A DNA stretch of 64,000 bases from Adineta vaga (lineage: Eukaryota; Animalia; Rotifera), in contig CP075492.1 of the NCBI GenBank assembly GCA_021613535.1, positions 1,178,001 to 1,242,000 of the forward strand. The letters are read 5' to 3'. This document shows positions 49,943 through 63,060 of the stretch, in pieces. The notes under the pieces are model-generated. The model made no database searches. It was given only the letters and a program-made list of their open reading frames with translations, and was not told the origin of the DNA. A program made the translations under genes and the position numbers. Positions within the stretch are counted from its first letter, which is position 1; each line of letters opens with the position of its first letter.

Positions 49943-50874
49943 ATTTCTTTGCTTTCTATTTGTCAATGTTTCTTATATTTATTTGAATAACAACTGTAAT
50001 TGTTGATTTTTCTTTCTGTGTTTAATGATGGCTTGATGCTAATATTTTGTCAGAAGAGAAAAAACGTCATACGTTTTGCATTAGTTATTTACAAGCGAAA
50101 AAATAGTTGCCAGATATTGATGAGAACGACAAAGAAAAATATTCTCACCGTAGTCTTTGTTCATTTTAACGGCAGTCAAAGAAATGTTGATGTTCTCAAG
50201 GAAAAAGCAATATCCATCTTTTGTGCAATCTAGTTCTCTTATTAACTTAACTACTTTTTCAAATATTGGCAGAGAGAAGAAAGAACACTCTTTTTAATAG
50301 TTTTGTTCAAAGTACATCTTTGCTGAGTACATTAATGACGTAGTTAGAATAAAACATGCATAACTGCCGAGTGGTGTTACATGTTCCGCGTATCGAGGAT
50401 GCATCATCATCTCCCAATAAAGACCAGCTCGACTCCTGCGAAAGATAAAAGTGCGCGTTTTGAAAACGCGGAATATGTGACACTGCTGTTAAATTGTTGA
50501 CAAAGATGAATAAGGAATCGAGAGGTTGAAAGAGTCATGCAGGAGCATGAGTACTGAAAAAAAAAGAAATATAAATGATTTATGTAGTGTGCATCTAGTT
50601 TTTGTTTTACGACAGTAATTTCATGAAAAAACAGCACAAAAATCATAAAATTACGTAAGAAAGCAACTGAATCAAATTGATTTATAAGAAAATTATTAAT
50701 AGACATTAATCGCCGGTTTGGTTCCTGGCATCTGAGCGGGTTTTAGTATTCTAATCTTAATATGGTCGTGGGAAGTGAACCAAACAGGCAAGCCGAAGAA
50801 ATGTGGTTCACTTCATATAGAAAAAAATGGACCAATCCGAATACCAGCTGTTAATGAATCGCAACTTAACAATT

Positions 50875-51075
50875 TTCTCATAATAAAATAGAAGCATTCA
50901 GTACCCGGAAGTAGTTCCCAAAAACAGAACAAAATTACTCACAACCGGAAGTGAAATTCCTATAACAGAACACAATTGTCCTGTTTTAGAAATTTCACTT
51001 CCGAGTTGTGAGTAGTTTTGTTCTGTTTTTGGGAACTACTTCCGGGTACTAAATACTTTTATTCTATTGTGGGAG
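50875..51075. mobile_element. ~200-bp fold-back (palindromic) MITE
   Basis: AGTACCCGGAAGTAGTTCCCAAAAACAGAACAAAA pairs perfectly with TTTTGTTCTGTTTTTGGGAACTACTTCCGGGTACT; pairing extends over nearly the whole element. Confidence 0.85.
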
Positions 51076-51502
51076 TCATATTTTCAGTAGCAGCAGTAGA
51101 GTACCATATATTTGTATGGGTATAGTATGGACTACTGGACTCCGCTTTGGCTCACGCTAACTTTGGCTGATTTCATACGACCGTAATTTTCCAACTTCGA
51201 TTAAATTGTTTTTTGTTTGATTCATTAAGAAATATAAAACATGAGCAGATGAAAATCATGATAGTAATTAGTCATAAATGATTGCTGATTTTTTACCTTT
51301 TTCATGCACTCTTCCTTTTCATATTAAGAACCGACAAATTTCAATACATGATATTGCATACCTTGGTAGTTGGAAAAAACCCCAAACCATTTTCGTCTCT
51401 ATCTTTTCAAAGAATATATATATAATGGACAAATTGCATTTTAAAGTATTCAAAACGTTGTACACAAACAAATTCAGTAACTATTGATCAACTGTCTATA
51501 CA

Positions 51503-52040
51503 ATGGGCAACAGAGGTGTGAAGCGTGCAAGAAATAATCAAAATAGTCGTAACATACCTCAAGGACCTTGGGTAGTAGATTATGTGACAACCACGGTGAT
51601 GCCCGCAGTCCCTATACAACATCATAATCGTCCTTTGATGATGCAAGGTAATGGTAATAATTGAACCATGCTTAGACTGATATTACCTTTTCCAAATAAT
51701 CGTATATTTCGTAGAAGAAAATTAAATACTGTATCATGTTTTAAATCTTATCATTATTGTATTTTGTGATAGAAAAATCGAAGAACATTTAAAAGAGTAA
51801 ATACTAAAGACGATTTCGATTTGTAAAAATAATTCAGCATTAACTAATATTATTGATAACATGTATTTTTTATTCGAAGGTTCTCAAAGAAACAATCAGC
51901 ATTTCAATAGACATGGACCTTCCATCGAACAACAACATCCACAAAACAATAGGGCCTTTGTTCCAGCGAGAAATAGGATGAGATTTCCTTCTCCTCGTGT
52001 ATATGGTCTTACAATGCCTGATATACAGTCTAGATCTTGA
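51503..52040 (+). CDS. Putative small low-complexity (N/Q/R/P-rich) protein, 2 exons (51503-51647, 51880-52040), ~101 aa
   Basis: ATG..MGNRGVKRARNNQ..; CAAG|GTAATG donor and GAAG|G acceptor join in phase 1; no recognisable domain. Confidence 0.4.
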
Positions 52041-53158
52041 AGATTTATTAATAATTTCAATCCACCAAATGATATTTTTGGTTCAGGTTTGCCACACATT
52101 GGTGTTGGTAGTACGTTTTAATATTTCTTTTCATTGTCTTTCTACACTCATTCCAGTTTTTTTCCATCAATATGTGAGATAAAATGTCTAGTATTTCTAC
52201 TAATTTAGTTCTGATTTCATATTGAAACTATTCTATACAATAAAGAAAATTAATATTTATCAGAATAAAAAAATACAAACACGAAAAACTGAAGTACCTA
52301 ATCAGAAAATTTATCTATGATTTTTCGTAATACAAAACCGTTTAATATTATATACTCTCAATTACAATGTCGAGAAGAAAAAACATCATTTCAGGAATTT
52401 TAATTCTAATTAAATTTCAATATAAATATCAAAACAAACCAGTCGAAGTCGTATTACAGATTTCATCCATACAAAAGCCAAGTGTTGCAACAATCGAAAT
52501 AAAGTCTTGTAATTTAATATGATATTTGTAGGAAATTTTCTGGCTTAAGAATTTCGTGAAACACAATCTGAAAGAGAGTGTTGACGTGTTTAAGGTATCT
52601 TCGGATATCCAGTCGGGTATTTCATCAATTAAACTATTTGATTTTCTCTTCTCACTAATCGACGATCTTGCCCTATTCTTTCCAGGTTCTTGTTTTTCTT
52701 GACTTTCAGACAAGATTCTTCTTCTATTCCTTCTGTACAAGATTCTTGCCTGAAAAATATGATCTTGCCTTTCTGGTACGGTTCTTGTAGACCGAATCTT
52801 GTCTGATGAGGCAAGAAAATTTTTTCAGACAAGATTCTTGCTTTCTTGCTTTCTTGTCTGATTCTTTTTTTTCTTGACTTCTTGCCTGATTCTTGTTTTT
52901 CTTGATTTTCTTGTCTGATTCTTATTTTTTAGTTTTCTTGCCAGTTTCTGATTTCTTAGGATTCTTGACTGATTCTTGTCATATTAAAAATGCTTTTCCT
53001 ACTTTAATAATACTTCTTTCATATTGCTTTATTATAAGCTTTATACAACACGTACAAAAAAGTAAAAGGACAAAAAAATACTTTAAGTTTCACGCATTCA
53101 TGAAGTGGTTTCAGTTTTTAGTACAAAAAAACAACATAAAGAAGATACTAATCTTTTT

Positions 53159-54653
53159 TTAAATTTTATCATCATTGTGAACGTCGGGAATTTGTTGATT
53201 TGCTGTTGAATTTCGCTTTGATGATTGAGTTGGTGTTTGCTTTTTATTGTCGTGTTTCATTTGCTGTAACGAATTTTTTATTGCTTGACTATTTGCGAAG
53301 GCAGTTGCTGGATGAAGTCCATGAACGTATGCTAAATAACCTTAAAAACAAAGAAAATCTAAATATTGAAATTAACCAAATTTGGAAATGTATCTTACCT
53401 AATAAAATGTCAAATTCACCTGGTTGTAGATCGTTAAAAGATGCCATGTCACCATATGCAGCGCGTACTAAAGCTCGAGCAGTCGCATTTAATGATGCAC
53501 CACGTTGAACATGCGACACATCAATTCCATTCAATTCCTTTGAGTAGAAAAAAAGATCGATGAACAATATTTTTATTCTGTGAGATTGAGAATTCTCTTT
53601 ATAAAACAGAACTAACACAGTCGTGAATACTCTGATTTGATTTTTGTACTTACGATAGAAAGATTTTCTTCGTCACTTTGTTGTCGAGCTTGTAGTACTT
53701 TTGATTGCTAAAAGGATAAGAAAATATCGGTATTGATTTAATTGATATTCATCATTACCAAATGTATCGTATGAAATAAATGTTGAGTAGCTTTTTGTAA
53801 TTCACGTGGAAAATTAGCTAATTCACGAGTTAAATTTGTTTGTTCAGTTAATATTTTCAATACTTCTTTTGTTAACTGATTTGTTTCTTCACATAATTTC
53901 ACAATGGGTTTGATGATTTGGGTTAATCCTAAAACTTAAATAGTAAATATAATCATGTAAAAAGATCCTATTTAAATTTTAATAACCATTTTGTGATGCT
54001 TCTGAAATCGATTTTACACCAGCAGCTGTACTTCTTGAAGAAGACGTACTTATACCAATAGCAACATTTTCTATTATTTTAAATCAAGATAAAAACGTTT
54101 GATATATACAAATAAATTATATAAGCTTACCCATCAGCGATGCTGCTGTATTTTGAAGAGTAGAATCAAATCGTCGTCGAACAGGTGGAGCAGATAAAGG
54201 TGGATTGGATTGAGCAGGATATGTTCGACGTCGTTTAGCTGGTGAACCTACAAATGAAATTTTTGATTTTGAAAATACTACATTTTTACTTACCTATAGC
54301 AACAACAGATGATGCACAATTATTTTGATTATTTGTACTTGCATGGATTCTTGTAGACGATGGATCATTAGAAGATCGATGATTATCAACTGTTGGATTA
54401 CGTTGAGTAGATATAGTAATGGACCATCTAAAAGAAAAATGCATGGCTTACTTCAGAAAATAATTTCACAATCATATATCGTTGACAACACTTGTGGAAA
54501 CATTTACTTACGAGAATTAACATCATCAGCTGAATATGAAACTGGTGACAAATGTACAGGTTGTAATTCGTGATATGAGGAATGTCCATACTCTTGAGAT
54601 AAATTTCGTTGTGTATCATCAGCATTATTGATCGTCGAAAAATATTGATACAT
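53159..54653 (-). CDS. Second gene of the CACTA element (TnpA-position accessory protein), multi-exon
   Basis: Chain of short exons with canonical GT-AG sites from MYQYFSTINN.. through a low-complexity/coiled region to ..TARALVRAAY..GYLAYVHG..DDKI*; lies between the transposase and the TIR. Confidence 0.6.
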
Positions 54654-54751
54654 AATAGAAATAAATCTGAAAAAAGTCAAACATTAATCATAGCAAAAAA
54701 AGATATTTCAACAATATTTCAAATAGGACAAAAAAAACCAACATCACCAAG

Positions 54752-57597
54752 TTAGTCTTGGTCTAAATCATAAAAAATTTCCGATAATAATATATAATCA
54801 CGTATTTGTATAGCAATACACTTGTGTAGTACTGAAGAAAAAGGAACAGAAATGAACTTTTTCGTAGAAAGATTACATTTGTTATAGTACTTATCAAGAA
54901 ACTTAATTACTGAAGGAGAAAACGACCACTTTTTTACATAATCACTTAAAGAAAAATAATTTTTCACAATATCGTACATGTTCAAGAAGGCGTAAGATTT
55001 ACCAAATAATTCAAAGAAGAAAACTATCTGCCCAAAAGATTTGTTATTACTATCGTCATGAAATGATACTATGAAACTTTGTGTATTACCACGTCGTTTA
55101 TAAGATAAGGAATGATATTCAGATATTCCTCTACATGCTCGACAAAAGAAGCGTAAACTAGGCTCATTCGATGAAGTAATCATATTTTTCACTGAATCAA
55201 AAAATTGCGAACTATAATTCGAAACATACTCTCTATCTAGGTAATTATCAATGATCAATTTCTCATCTAGAAAAATATTACTAATAGATAATGTTTCTTT
55301 CTTAAGTGTACAGCGAAACTTCTAGTGAGCTACAAATCTGGCGTGCTAACGATCTATTACCTGAACGTAAAGATCGAAGAAATCGTACAAAACTTTCGTT
55401 AGGAAAACAATTATGAAAACAAAATGCGCCATGATTGATTACCTTTTCTACTAAATGTAAATGTGCATGTGACGAATATAGATAGAAAGCATTACCATAA
55501 ATATGTCGAGCATGTTCACAATAGATTTTAATCAACGGTTCGACTTCAAGAACTTCTTGAAGATCATGATAGAAATACAACGTCCGAAGAAAAACAAAAT
55601 ATAAGGAAAAATGCGACGAAATATTCTCTGGAAAAAAAGAAAAAACAAATGGAAACATAACATATAAGAAAAATGCACGATAATCATGGGCCTTCCAATA
55701 CGTTCTATCTGACAACGAATGCAACTCAACATTGAAATTGTGAGGCCATTTTATTTTCTTTAAAAAATCATTACCTGATGACCAACTGTGTTTAACGATG
55801 ATTTTTTCCCATTTGGATAATAAGAAATTACAATGTCCAATAAAACATAAATGCATTATGTCAATATCAATTTGATCCGGAATATCCAATACTTTTCTCA
55901 GTGGACTAATACCTTTTACACCACAGTAATTATCACGAGATAATTGTTGATTAACTTGTTGAGCACATGAATCAAAATGAGTTGATGAACGATTATTCAT
56001 TTCATGTGGAATATATGGATATATAACGATTCGACCTTCTTCATACCAAATTCCTTGTTGGTCACATTCAAGACAAGCATAATATCCATTATGGTTGACA
56101 TGTTTTGTAGCTAATGCACGAGCTGGTAAATCGGCTTTAAATAATAATACATCAATTGTAAACTTGATACTATCAACAATGATCGTTTGCTTAATTCTAT
56201 CACAAATATCTTGTAGTAACGAATTTGCATCTGGTTTCAGCGAGCTATTCCTAAAGATGAGAAAAACCATACTTTAAATTAATATTTGTCCGAGCATGTT
56301 TGTCACAAGAATAACGAAACATATGATGAAAATATAAAAATCCTACACTCGAGAGAGTGGAGAAATAGTGGTTTAATTGAAAATAAAATCATACGTACCA
56401 TAAAGACAGCAAAATCATGTTTAATTTGTTCTCTGTAAGTGGTGGTGGAATTTCAGCTATTGATGCCGTTACTAACCATGTGTGCTTCTTGGTCCAATGA
56501 ACTAATGGGAAACCATCGATGTGTATCATTAAGGTGATAGGATGTGTTCCATTTGATGACTTCAAATTTTTGACCTTCTCTTGATAAATTAAACCAGAAA
56601 TAACATCACATGGAAATAGATTATTTACAACTTGTGGATAATGCAATATTGAATGGATATTTCGATGAATAACTTCAATCAATTGTTCATATGAACGATT
56701 AACAATTACATGTTCTACAATATCATCGACTCGCCGGTCACATTTGTTTTGTTTACAAATAATGGAACAAGAATTCGTTTTATCAATTATTCCTAAACAA
56801 TACTTGCATTTAAGAATTTGAGTAAATGTTGACGTCGTTTCAAAGACAGATAATAACTTTTTATAGGATCGTATTAACTTATTATCGATCGGTAATGCGT
56901 TCCCAATTAAGTTCAATAGTTTATTCATATTCGAATCACTTAATTTCATTGAATTACCAAAATCCAATATTTGTGCATGATAAGATTTAAATGTAACAGG
57001 TGCTCCAGGATATAAGAGTTCATCTTGTTGAACAATCATTTCTAAAAAGAAAAAGAAGTTACAATCACTTTTTTTTAATATTTAAGTGAAAAATGAAACA
57101 ATAAATTATTATATCTTACCATTTGATTGAACCGAATTCGAGTTAAAATCAAAACTATGGTTATGTTCGTCGTCATCAAGTTCATACTCATCAGCTAGAA
57201 TATCATCATTAAATGCACCACCAGCACATGCGATATCAACAAGAGTATCTTCCATAAGTATATCATGAACATTTTCACAATTTTCTTCAATATCAGGTGA
57301 AATTCGATGATAATCATTCTAAAAAAACTAAAATTTGCTAATTTAATGTGGTAATAATAAAATAAATCATATACAATTTGTCCAACTGGTAAACGATGTA
57401 AATACAATTGAGCATGGTGGTTTTGATTTTTCTTCTTAGCACGCCATCGACGTTGTTTATCTGTATGTGGTGATGGTTCTAAACAAAATGATACGTGATT
57501 GAAGAAAAAGGACATAGAGTCGATATTAGATTTTACCTATACCAAGAGTATTATCAAACGATATATTTTCAAACGATTCACCGTTTTCTTCTTCCAT
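54752..57597 (-). CDS. EnSpm/CACTA transposase (TnpD-like), multi-exon; one apparent +1 frameshift near 55317
   Basis: CKYC..C..C zinc cluster, LMIHIDGFP..W, ADLPARA..HNGYYACLEC, IDIMHL, WKAHDYRAF, HAHLH, CFPNESF; in-frame GT-AG joins. Confidence 0.88.
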
Positions 57598-58492
57598 CAA
57601 ATGAAATACTTTTATCGATATTGAAAAAATCTAGAAAGAATAGAAAAGAGATCGAAGAATTCAAAAAATATCGAAATGTGTTCAATTAGAATTGTTTTTC
57701 GAAAACAATGGAAAAAATGGATATTATGTATTCCATTGTTTTCTTGCTAAGACGTAAACTTTTACAATCTGCCATTAAAATAATAACTTACTAGATGTCG
57801 TTTGAATTAAATGAAAGTTTTAAGAAAGTAAATAATGGACATGAACTCGTATGTTATTGAATCACTCCAATAATGATTACGAACAAATAATGTTTTATTT
57901 ATCGATTTACACAGACATATATATTCTATACAAAGATCACATCACGTGCTGTTGATCTTGAAAAGCTGGCCAGATTCTTCTTTCTTTCTCATTACAAGAA
58001 TCTTGTCTGAAAACTAAGAAAATAAAAATATCTTGTGTATCTTTCCAGTTTCTTATATTTCAGGATATTCAGACAAGATTCTTTATATCTTGAACTTCAG
58101 TCAAGATTCTTTTGGAAAGGAAAGAAAAAGATTCTTGTCTGAACATTAACGTTATCTTGAACTTCTTATAATTCTTGCCTGATTCTTACGTATCTGATTA
58201 ATCGGACAAGATTCTTGTATTCTTGAAAATCATGTAAGATTCTTTTTACTTTCCTGTCGTAAAGAATCTTGTCTGAACACAAGAATCTTGTATGAAAACT
58301 AAGAAAAACAAGAACCTGGAAAGAATAGGGCAAGATCGTCGATTAGTGTTTGGTATAATCGGATGTATTTGTAATCTTGAGGGTGTAGATAAGAATAAGA
58401 TGTAAATCTACATCCACACCCGCACCCTCACGCAAAGAAAAGACAACTGAAAAGGTTTTCTTATTTTATTTTGTTTAAATTATCAAGATGAA

Positions 58493-59661
58493 TTAACTAC
58501 TTTCGGGTAAATCAAAAATTTCTCCATGTTTAATAACAACAAATGCATTTGGATTCAATCTGTTGAATTCTACAGCTGTTTTAAGCTTTTCTCTTGGTTC
58601 TAAATAGAACTCGTTAGCTAAAGCCCATGTTCCCCAATGTATACCAATCGATTTCTTTGATCGAGTATCAATATGTATTTGTACAGCTTCATCAGGTGAT
58701 ACATGCTGATCTTCCATCATCCAACGAGGTTCATATGCACCAATTGGTATAGCACTTAAATCAAATGGACCATATTTTTTTCCAATTTGTCTAAATATTG
58801 GAATATTATCAGTATAACCTGTATCACCAGCAAAATAAAATCGATAATTTTCATTCCATATGGCATAACCACCCCAAAGAGATCGATTTAAATCATTCAA
58901 ACCACGACGTGACCTAAAAGATAGAACAACAAAATCCCATATCGAAATGAAAAGTTTTATTTTACCAATGTTGAGCTGGACAAAATGCTATTTGAATATG
59001 TTCTTTAGTCTAAAAGAAAAATAAGAACAAAAATTTTCCAGCAAAAAAAGTTTGTTAATTTTCCTACTGGATGTTTCCATTCTTGCCACCAATCAAGTTC
59101 GATAACATTTTTTATAAAACAATCACGAAACCATTGTCTTCCACCGAGACCACAAAACCATGTTAATTTATCTCCATAATGTTCATTTAAACTTCTAACA
59201 CTTGGAAGATCAAGATGATCAAAATGATTATGTGATATAAATATTGCTTCAAGTTCTTTAGGTAAATCTTCAACTGTTAATGCAGGTGGACGATAACGTT
59301 TTTGTCCGATTTGTGGTGTTACACCACATCGCTCACTAAAAACAGGATCAGTAAGAAACACGAAATTGTCTATTTGAACAAGACATGATGCATGGCCAAT
59401 CCAGAGAAATCGTAAACCAGGTGATTTTTTTAATATTTCTTCTCGTTTATGTTCTATTATTGGTAATGTTTCATTTAATTCTTCAGGATTTGTTGGTAAA
59501 TTTGTATGATTTTTTGAAAATAACCAACGAAAAGCTTTGAGTTTTTCTGGAGCGAAAAATTTAGGATTAAATGAGTTAATATAACGATCATCTTCCATCA
59601 CAGATGATTTGATTGGCTCGTCAATATCAGAATTAGTTGTGATCGATGTTGATTCTGTCAT
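58493..59661 (-). CDS. NAPEPLD: N-acyl-phosphatidylethanolamine phospholipase D-like metallo-beta-lactamase; exons 59661-59068, 59009-58966, 58913-58493
   Basis: WIGHAS, LTDPVFSER, ISHNHFDHLD (HxHxDH), ELDWW, PAQHWSRRG, LWGGY, YFAGDTGY, IPIGAYEPRW, IHWGT. Confidence 0.9.
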
Positions 59662-60467
59662 TCTATTCAATGTATTTCACGTTAATGACGAATATTCAAC
59701 TATGATAAATTCAAGTATCATTTACTATACTGTTTTTATAATATTTTCATTCAGAATATGCAGACTTTCACGTAATAAAACATTGTTATTATAGTCTGGG
59801 TAAAAAATCGATCGAAGGAAAGGAAAGGAAAAAACACATAAAAAACATAAATGACGTCATTTATTAGAGGAGATTGACTAAGAATGAGAGAAAAACAAAC
59901 AACAAAAATATAATATAATCATTTGATCCGGTCTCTCTTGGAATAATCTATGACTCAATACTTGATTGCGATCGATTGGATAAAAGTATTTAAACTAACT
60001 TATCTAGTCTTCTCAAATATTGCACGAAATAGAATATTGTCATGAAAGCATTCGCTCTGTAACTGACGCCCTTCCGATTATTTTACTGTTGAGCAAATAG
60101 ATATTGGTCTAATATCACTTTTGATATCTTTTTCAAGGAAAACTCCCAAACATTTCTCAAGATATCTTGTCAAAAAAGTAGTATATACAGAGGACAATGA
60201 ATTTTTGCACTCAAGTGTATGATTATTTCTTTGCGTTCTTTTGTCATATGGACGTTTCCATCTTTTTTTTCTTTTCTTTTCTTTCTATGCATGTAACGTT
60301 ATTCATATGTCAACGTGGAATTTTCCGTTTCTTTTTCATTACATATGTATGTGCTCTCTTCGAGAGAGAGAACAAGTAAGCGAACATTCCAAGTATATGT
60401 AAAGTAAAATGATTCGACAAGACTTTTTCTTTTAGATAGTTTTTGAAATAAAACCTTTTCATTCACT

Positions 60468-60838
60468 ATGAATTCATTTCGACGTCAAGTTGATATCGCA
60501 ATTGCCAGTGATCCATTGAAGGGCAATCTTGTTAGTAAAGAATTTGCAGTTACAGGGTAATTTTATTCATTTAAATTTAATTTTTAGTTTTATAAATAAT
60601 TCAATGATTTTAGAAGTGGTCGAAATATCGCTTTTCTCGTTACTTCAGTGGTTTGGTACGCTCTAAGAGTTTATATTGAAGATCGAGATAACAATCATGT
60701 TGTTCAACATGCTCGAACTGAACATCTTACGATGGAAGGAGCTCGAGTAAATATTTGATTTTATCTTTCTTAGTTTAACGAATATTTTGTTTATTTTTAT
60801 TTTAGGAACAAATGGAAAAATTTAAACGAGAAATGTAA
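60468..60838 (+). CDS. Small 84-aa protein of unknown function; exons 60468-60556, 60614-60746, 60806-60838
   Basis: Three exons with canonical ~57-59 nt introns join in frame (MNSFRRQVDIAIASDPLKG...EQMEKFKREM*); an upstream UTR intron at ~60376-60435; divergent from NAPE-PLD. Confidence 0.7.
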
Positions 60839-62869
60839 AATATTTTCCCGTACAAAAAGGAACGAAATTTGAAATACAAAACTCAGTTTATCTTTCTTCT
60901 TTTTTTTGGAATGTAATTTCTATGATTTCAATAATTTTTTCTTTGCATATAACAACAAAAGTATCAGAATTTTTATCTATACTCTGGAAGAAAAAGTGAA
61001 GAGTAACTGACGGTAAAACTGAATTCTGATTTATGAAGCACTTCAAAAATAAAAAAAAGCGTTCATTATACGTTGTAAAGTCAAAAATCCTTTTTTCTAT
61101 AGAAAATTATTTTTTCACAAACCGAATTTATGAAGAACTATGGGAAAATATCATAATAATATTTCGAATCAACATAATAAATAACCGTACTTTCATTATT
61201 ACCAAGATATACGTATCGGCAAAACCAGCGTTACGGAATTTCGTTTTTTCAAATTGTAGTCGTCATATCTCCTCTCTTGTAAATATTGTTCGTTACGGAA
61301 TTTCAATCGTTACGGAATTGCATCCTTTTTTCGAGGTTCTATGAATGAGGGTGTGGATCTCTAAAACTTCGAAGTATCAAAGCAAGTACCCAATATATCA
61401 GTAGTACTATGGCACCTCTACGACTCAGAAGTGTTAGTTTTTATTCTGCTGTAATCTACATCAGAGTATATCGATACTTTTTGGAGAAAAATGACATTTT
61501 TCAACCATCAAAAACAAAATTTTTTTAAAATTTAGCTAGAGAAACGTATTATTTGAGTTTTTAAAATGGTATGTTGTTCACGAACAAACTTCCGTAGAGA
61601 TTTTAATATGTTTCAGACTCTACTCATGGCACACTTTGGTTTTAACGAAAAGTTTTGCGATTCAAAACCTTCCCCATGCGAGGGTGACCGCTGGCTGGTT
61701 TTGCCCATATGTTATAATGTTATTTTTCTTTGCATTCTTCTATTACATAGAGATATCCAAGACTTTTTCTTTTCTTTCTATGTATATGACGTTAATCGTA
61801 TAAATATTTGAAGTTTTTTATATTGTATCATAGATATGCTCGTTTCTGGGAAGAGAACAACCCAGGTAATTCATTCCGAACGGTTGATCTGACGGGAAAC
61901 CGTTGGATCTGACGTCGAAACACGTCGTAATTCGCAGGGTACACAGGTAAAACCGGTCGGATCCACCTGTATGACTCGATTGAAACTTGCCGGATCCAAT
62001 CGCAACAAAATATCGAAACATACCCGGATCCTGCATGAAACGACCGGTTCTTGTCGGATACCGGTACCTCACTATAATTTTATACGATATGAATCAATCT
62101 TCAAAAAGATATTTGATGTTGAAAATTTTATTTATATATTTTTAAAATCTAAATTGAACCGATCAAAATTAAAAATCATAGATATTTGGAACAAATTGAA
62201 TGATAAGTATCTAAGTAGTTAGTAGTTTTGCTTCATCAAGTTCAATTCTCACAACATCGAAACCTTGTTCAAGTGTAAATAAAATTGAGGGTGTGGGTGA
62301 GTGTGGATGAGGGGTGGCCCATAGGATATCAGAGTAGATTTCATCTAGATAAAGAAATCCAGATGAAAGATATCACAAGATATATTAGAACGAGGTGTCA
62401 TACATCTAATATGACAAAGTATTCATCGAAATTAACAAAGAAACAATGAAAAAGAAATACATAACAACATAATACATGATATCCAACAGATTACTATTTC
62501 AAACGAGGGTATATGTTGACGTCTTTCTAGACTACAAATACCGCGTGTATCTCAGCATAAAGTGTCGTTCAACACCAACTATATCTTCGATGAAGTCCTT
62601 GAAATCGTCTACCTTACTAACATTATTCCCTGTAAAACCGTTTAAATCTCACATAACCATTTATGTAAGTTCTAAGTTTTTTTCTCTTTTTCCCCTTCTA
62701 GATTCCGATGAAGTCAAGTTATAACTTGACAGAAACTAGTCAATAAAATACAAAAACAAATTATATTATTTTTTATTTATATATATTTCGAGAGAGTGTA
62801 CGGGAGAAAAACAAGATTATATCTTTAAAAACAAAGAGTAACCAATTACTCTTTGTTTGATATTTCTGA

Positions 62870-63060
62870 TGGATTTTGTTGAATCAAATTGCGCTAAACT
62901 ACCATTGATAATTTCTTCTGTTAATTCACATAATGATATAAGAACTTGAAATCGAGCTCGTGCTGTTGCCTAAAACTCTCGGTTCCTTTCACTATAGTAA
63001 TTATATACATAATCAGTCCATTTTTGACCAATGAAATCTGATGAACAAATGCTTCATATG
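62870..63060 (-). pseudogene. Internal fragment of the 2-TM Cys-rich module
   Basis: Minus strand reads SICSSDFIGQKWTDY..EF*ATARARFQVLISLCELTEEIINGSLAQF, matching the module core CSSxF..W..DFR....FQxLxxLC. Confidence 0.7.

Larger units (their letters stand above)
52653..58348 (-). mobile_element. Full-length CACTA/EnSpm (CMC) DNA transposon, 5.7 kb
   Basis: Perfect 48-bp TIR starting CACTAATCGACGATCTTGCCC; many subterminal CAGACAAGATTCTT-type repeats at both ends; two internal genes. Flanks TCT / TTT are only an imperfect TSD. Confidence 0.95.

Noticed and set aside
52429-53162. Short ORFs at the left end of the CACTA element
   Set aside because: They arise from subterminal repeats and cross the element boundary.
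61855-62070. GC-rich patch with repeated GGATCC/CCGG and an 84-aa ORF
   Set aside because: Probably a MITE fragment; no paired TIRs could be defined and the ORF has no coding signal.
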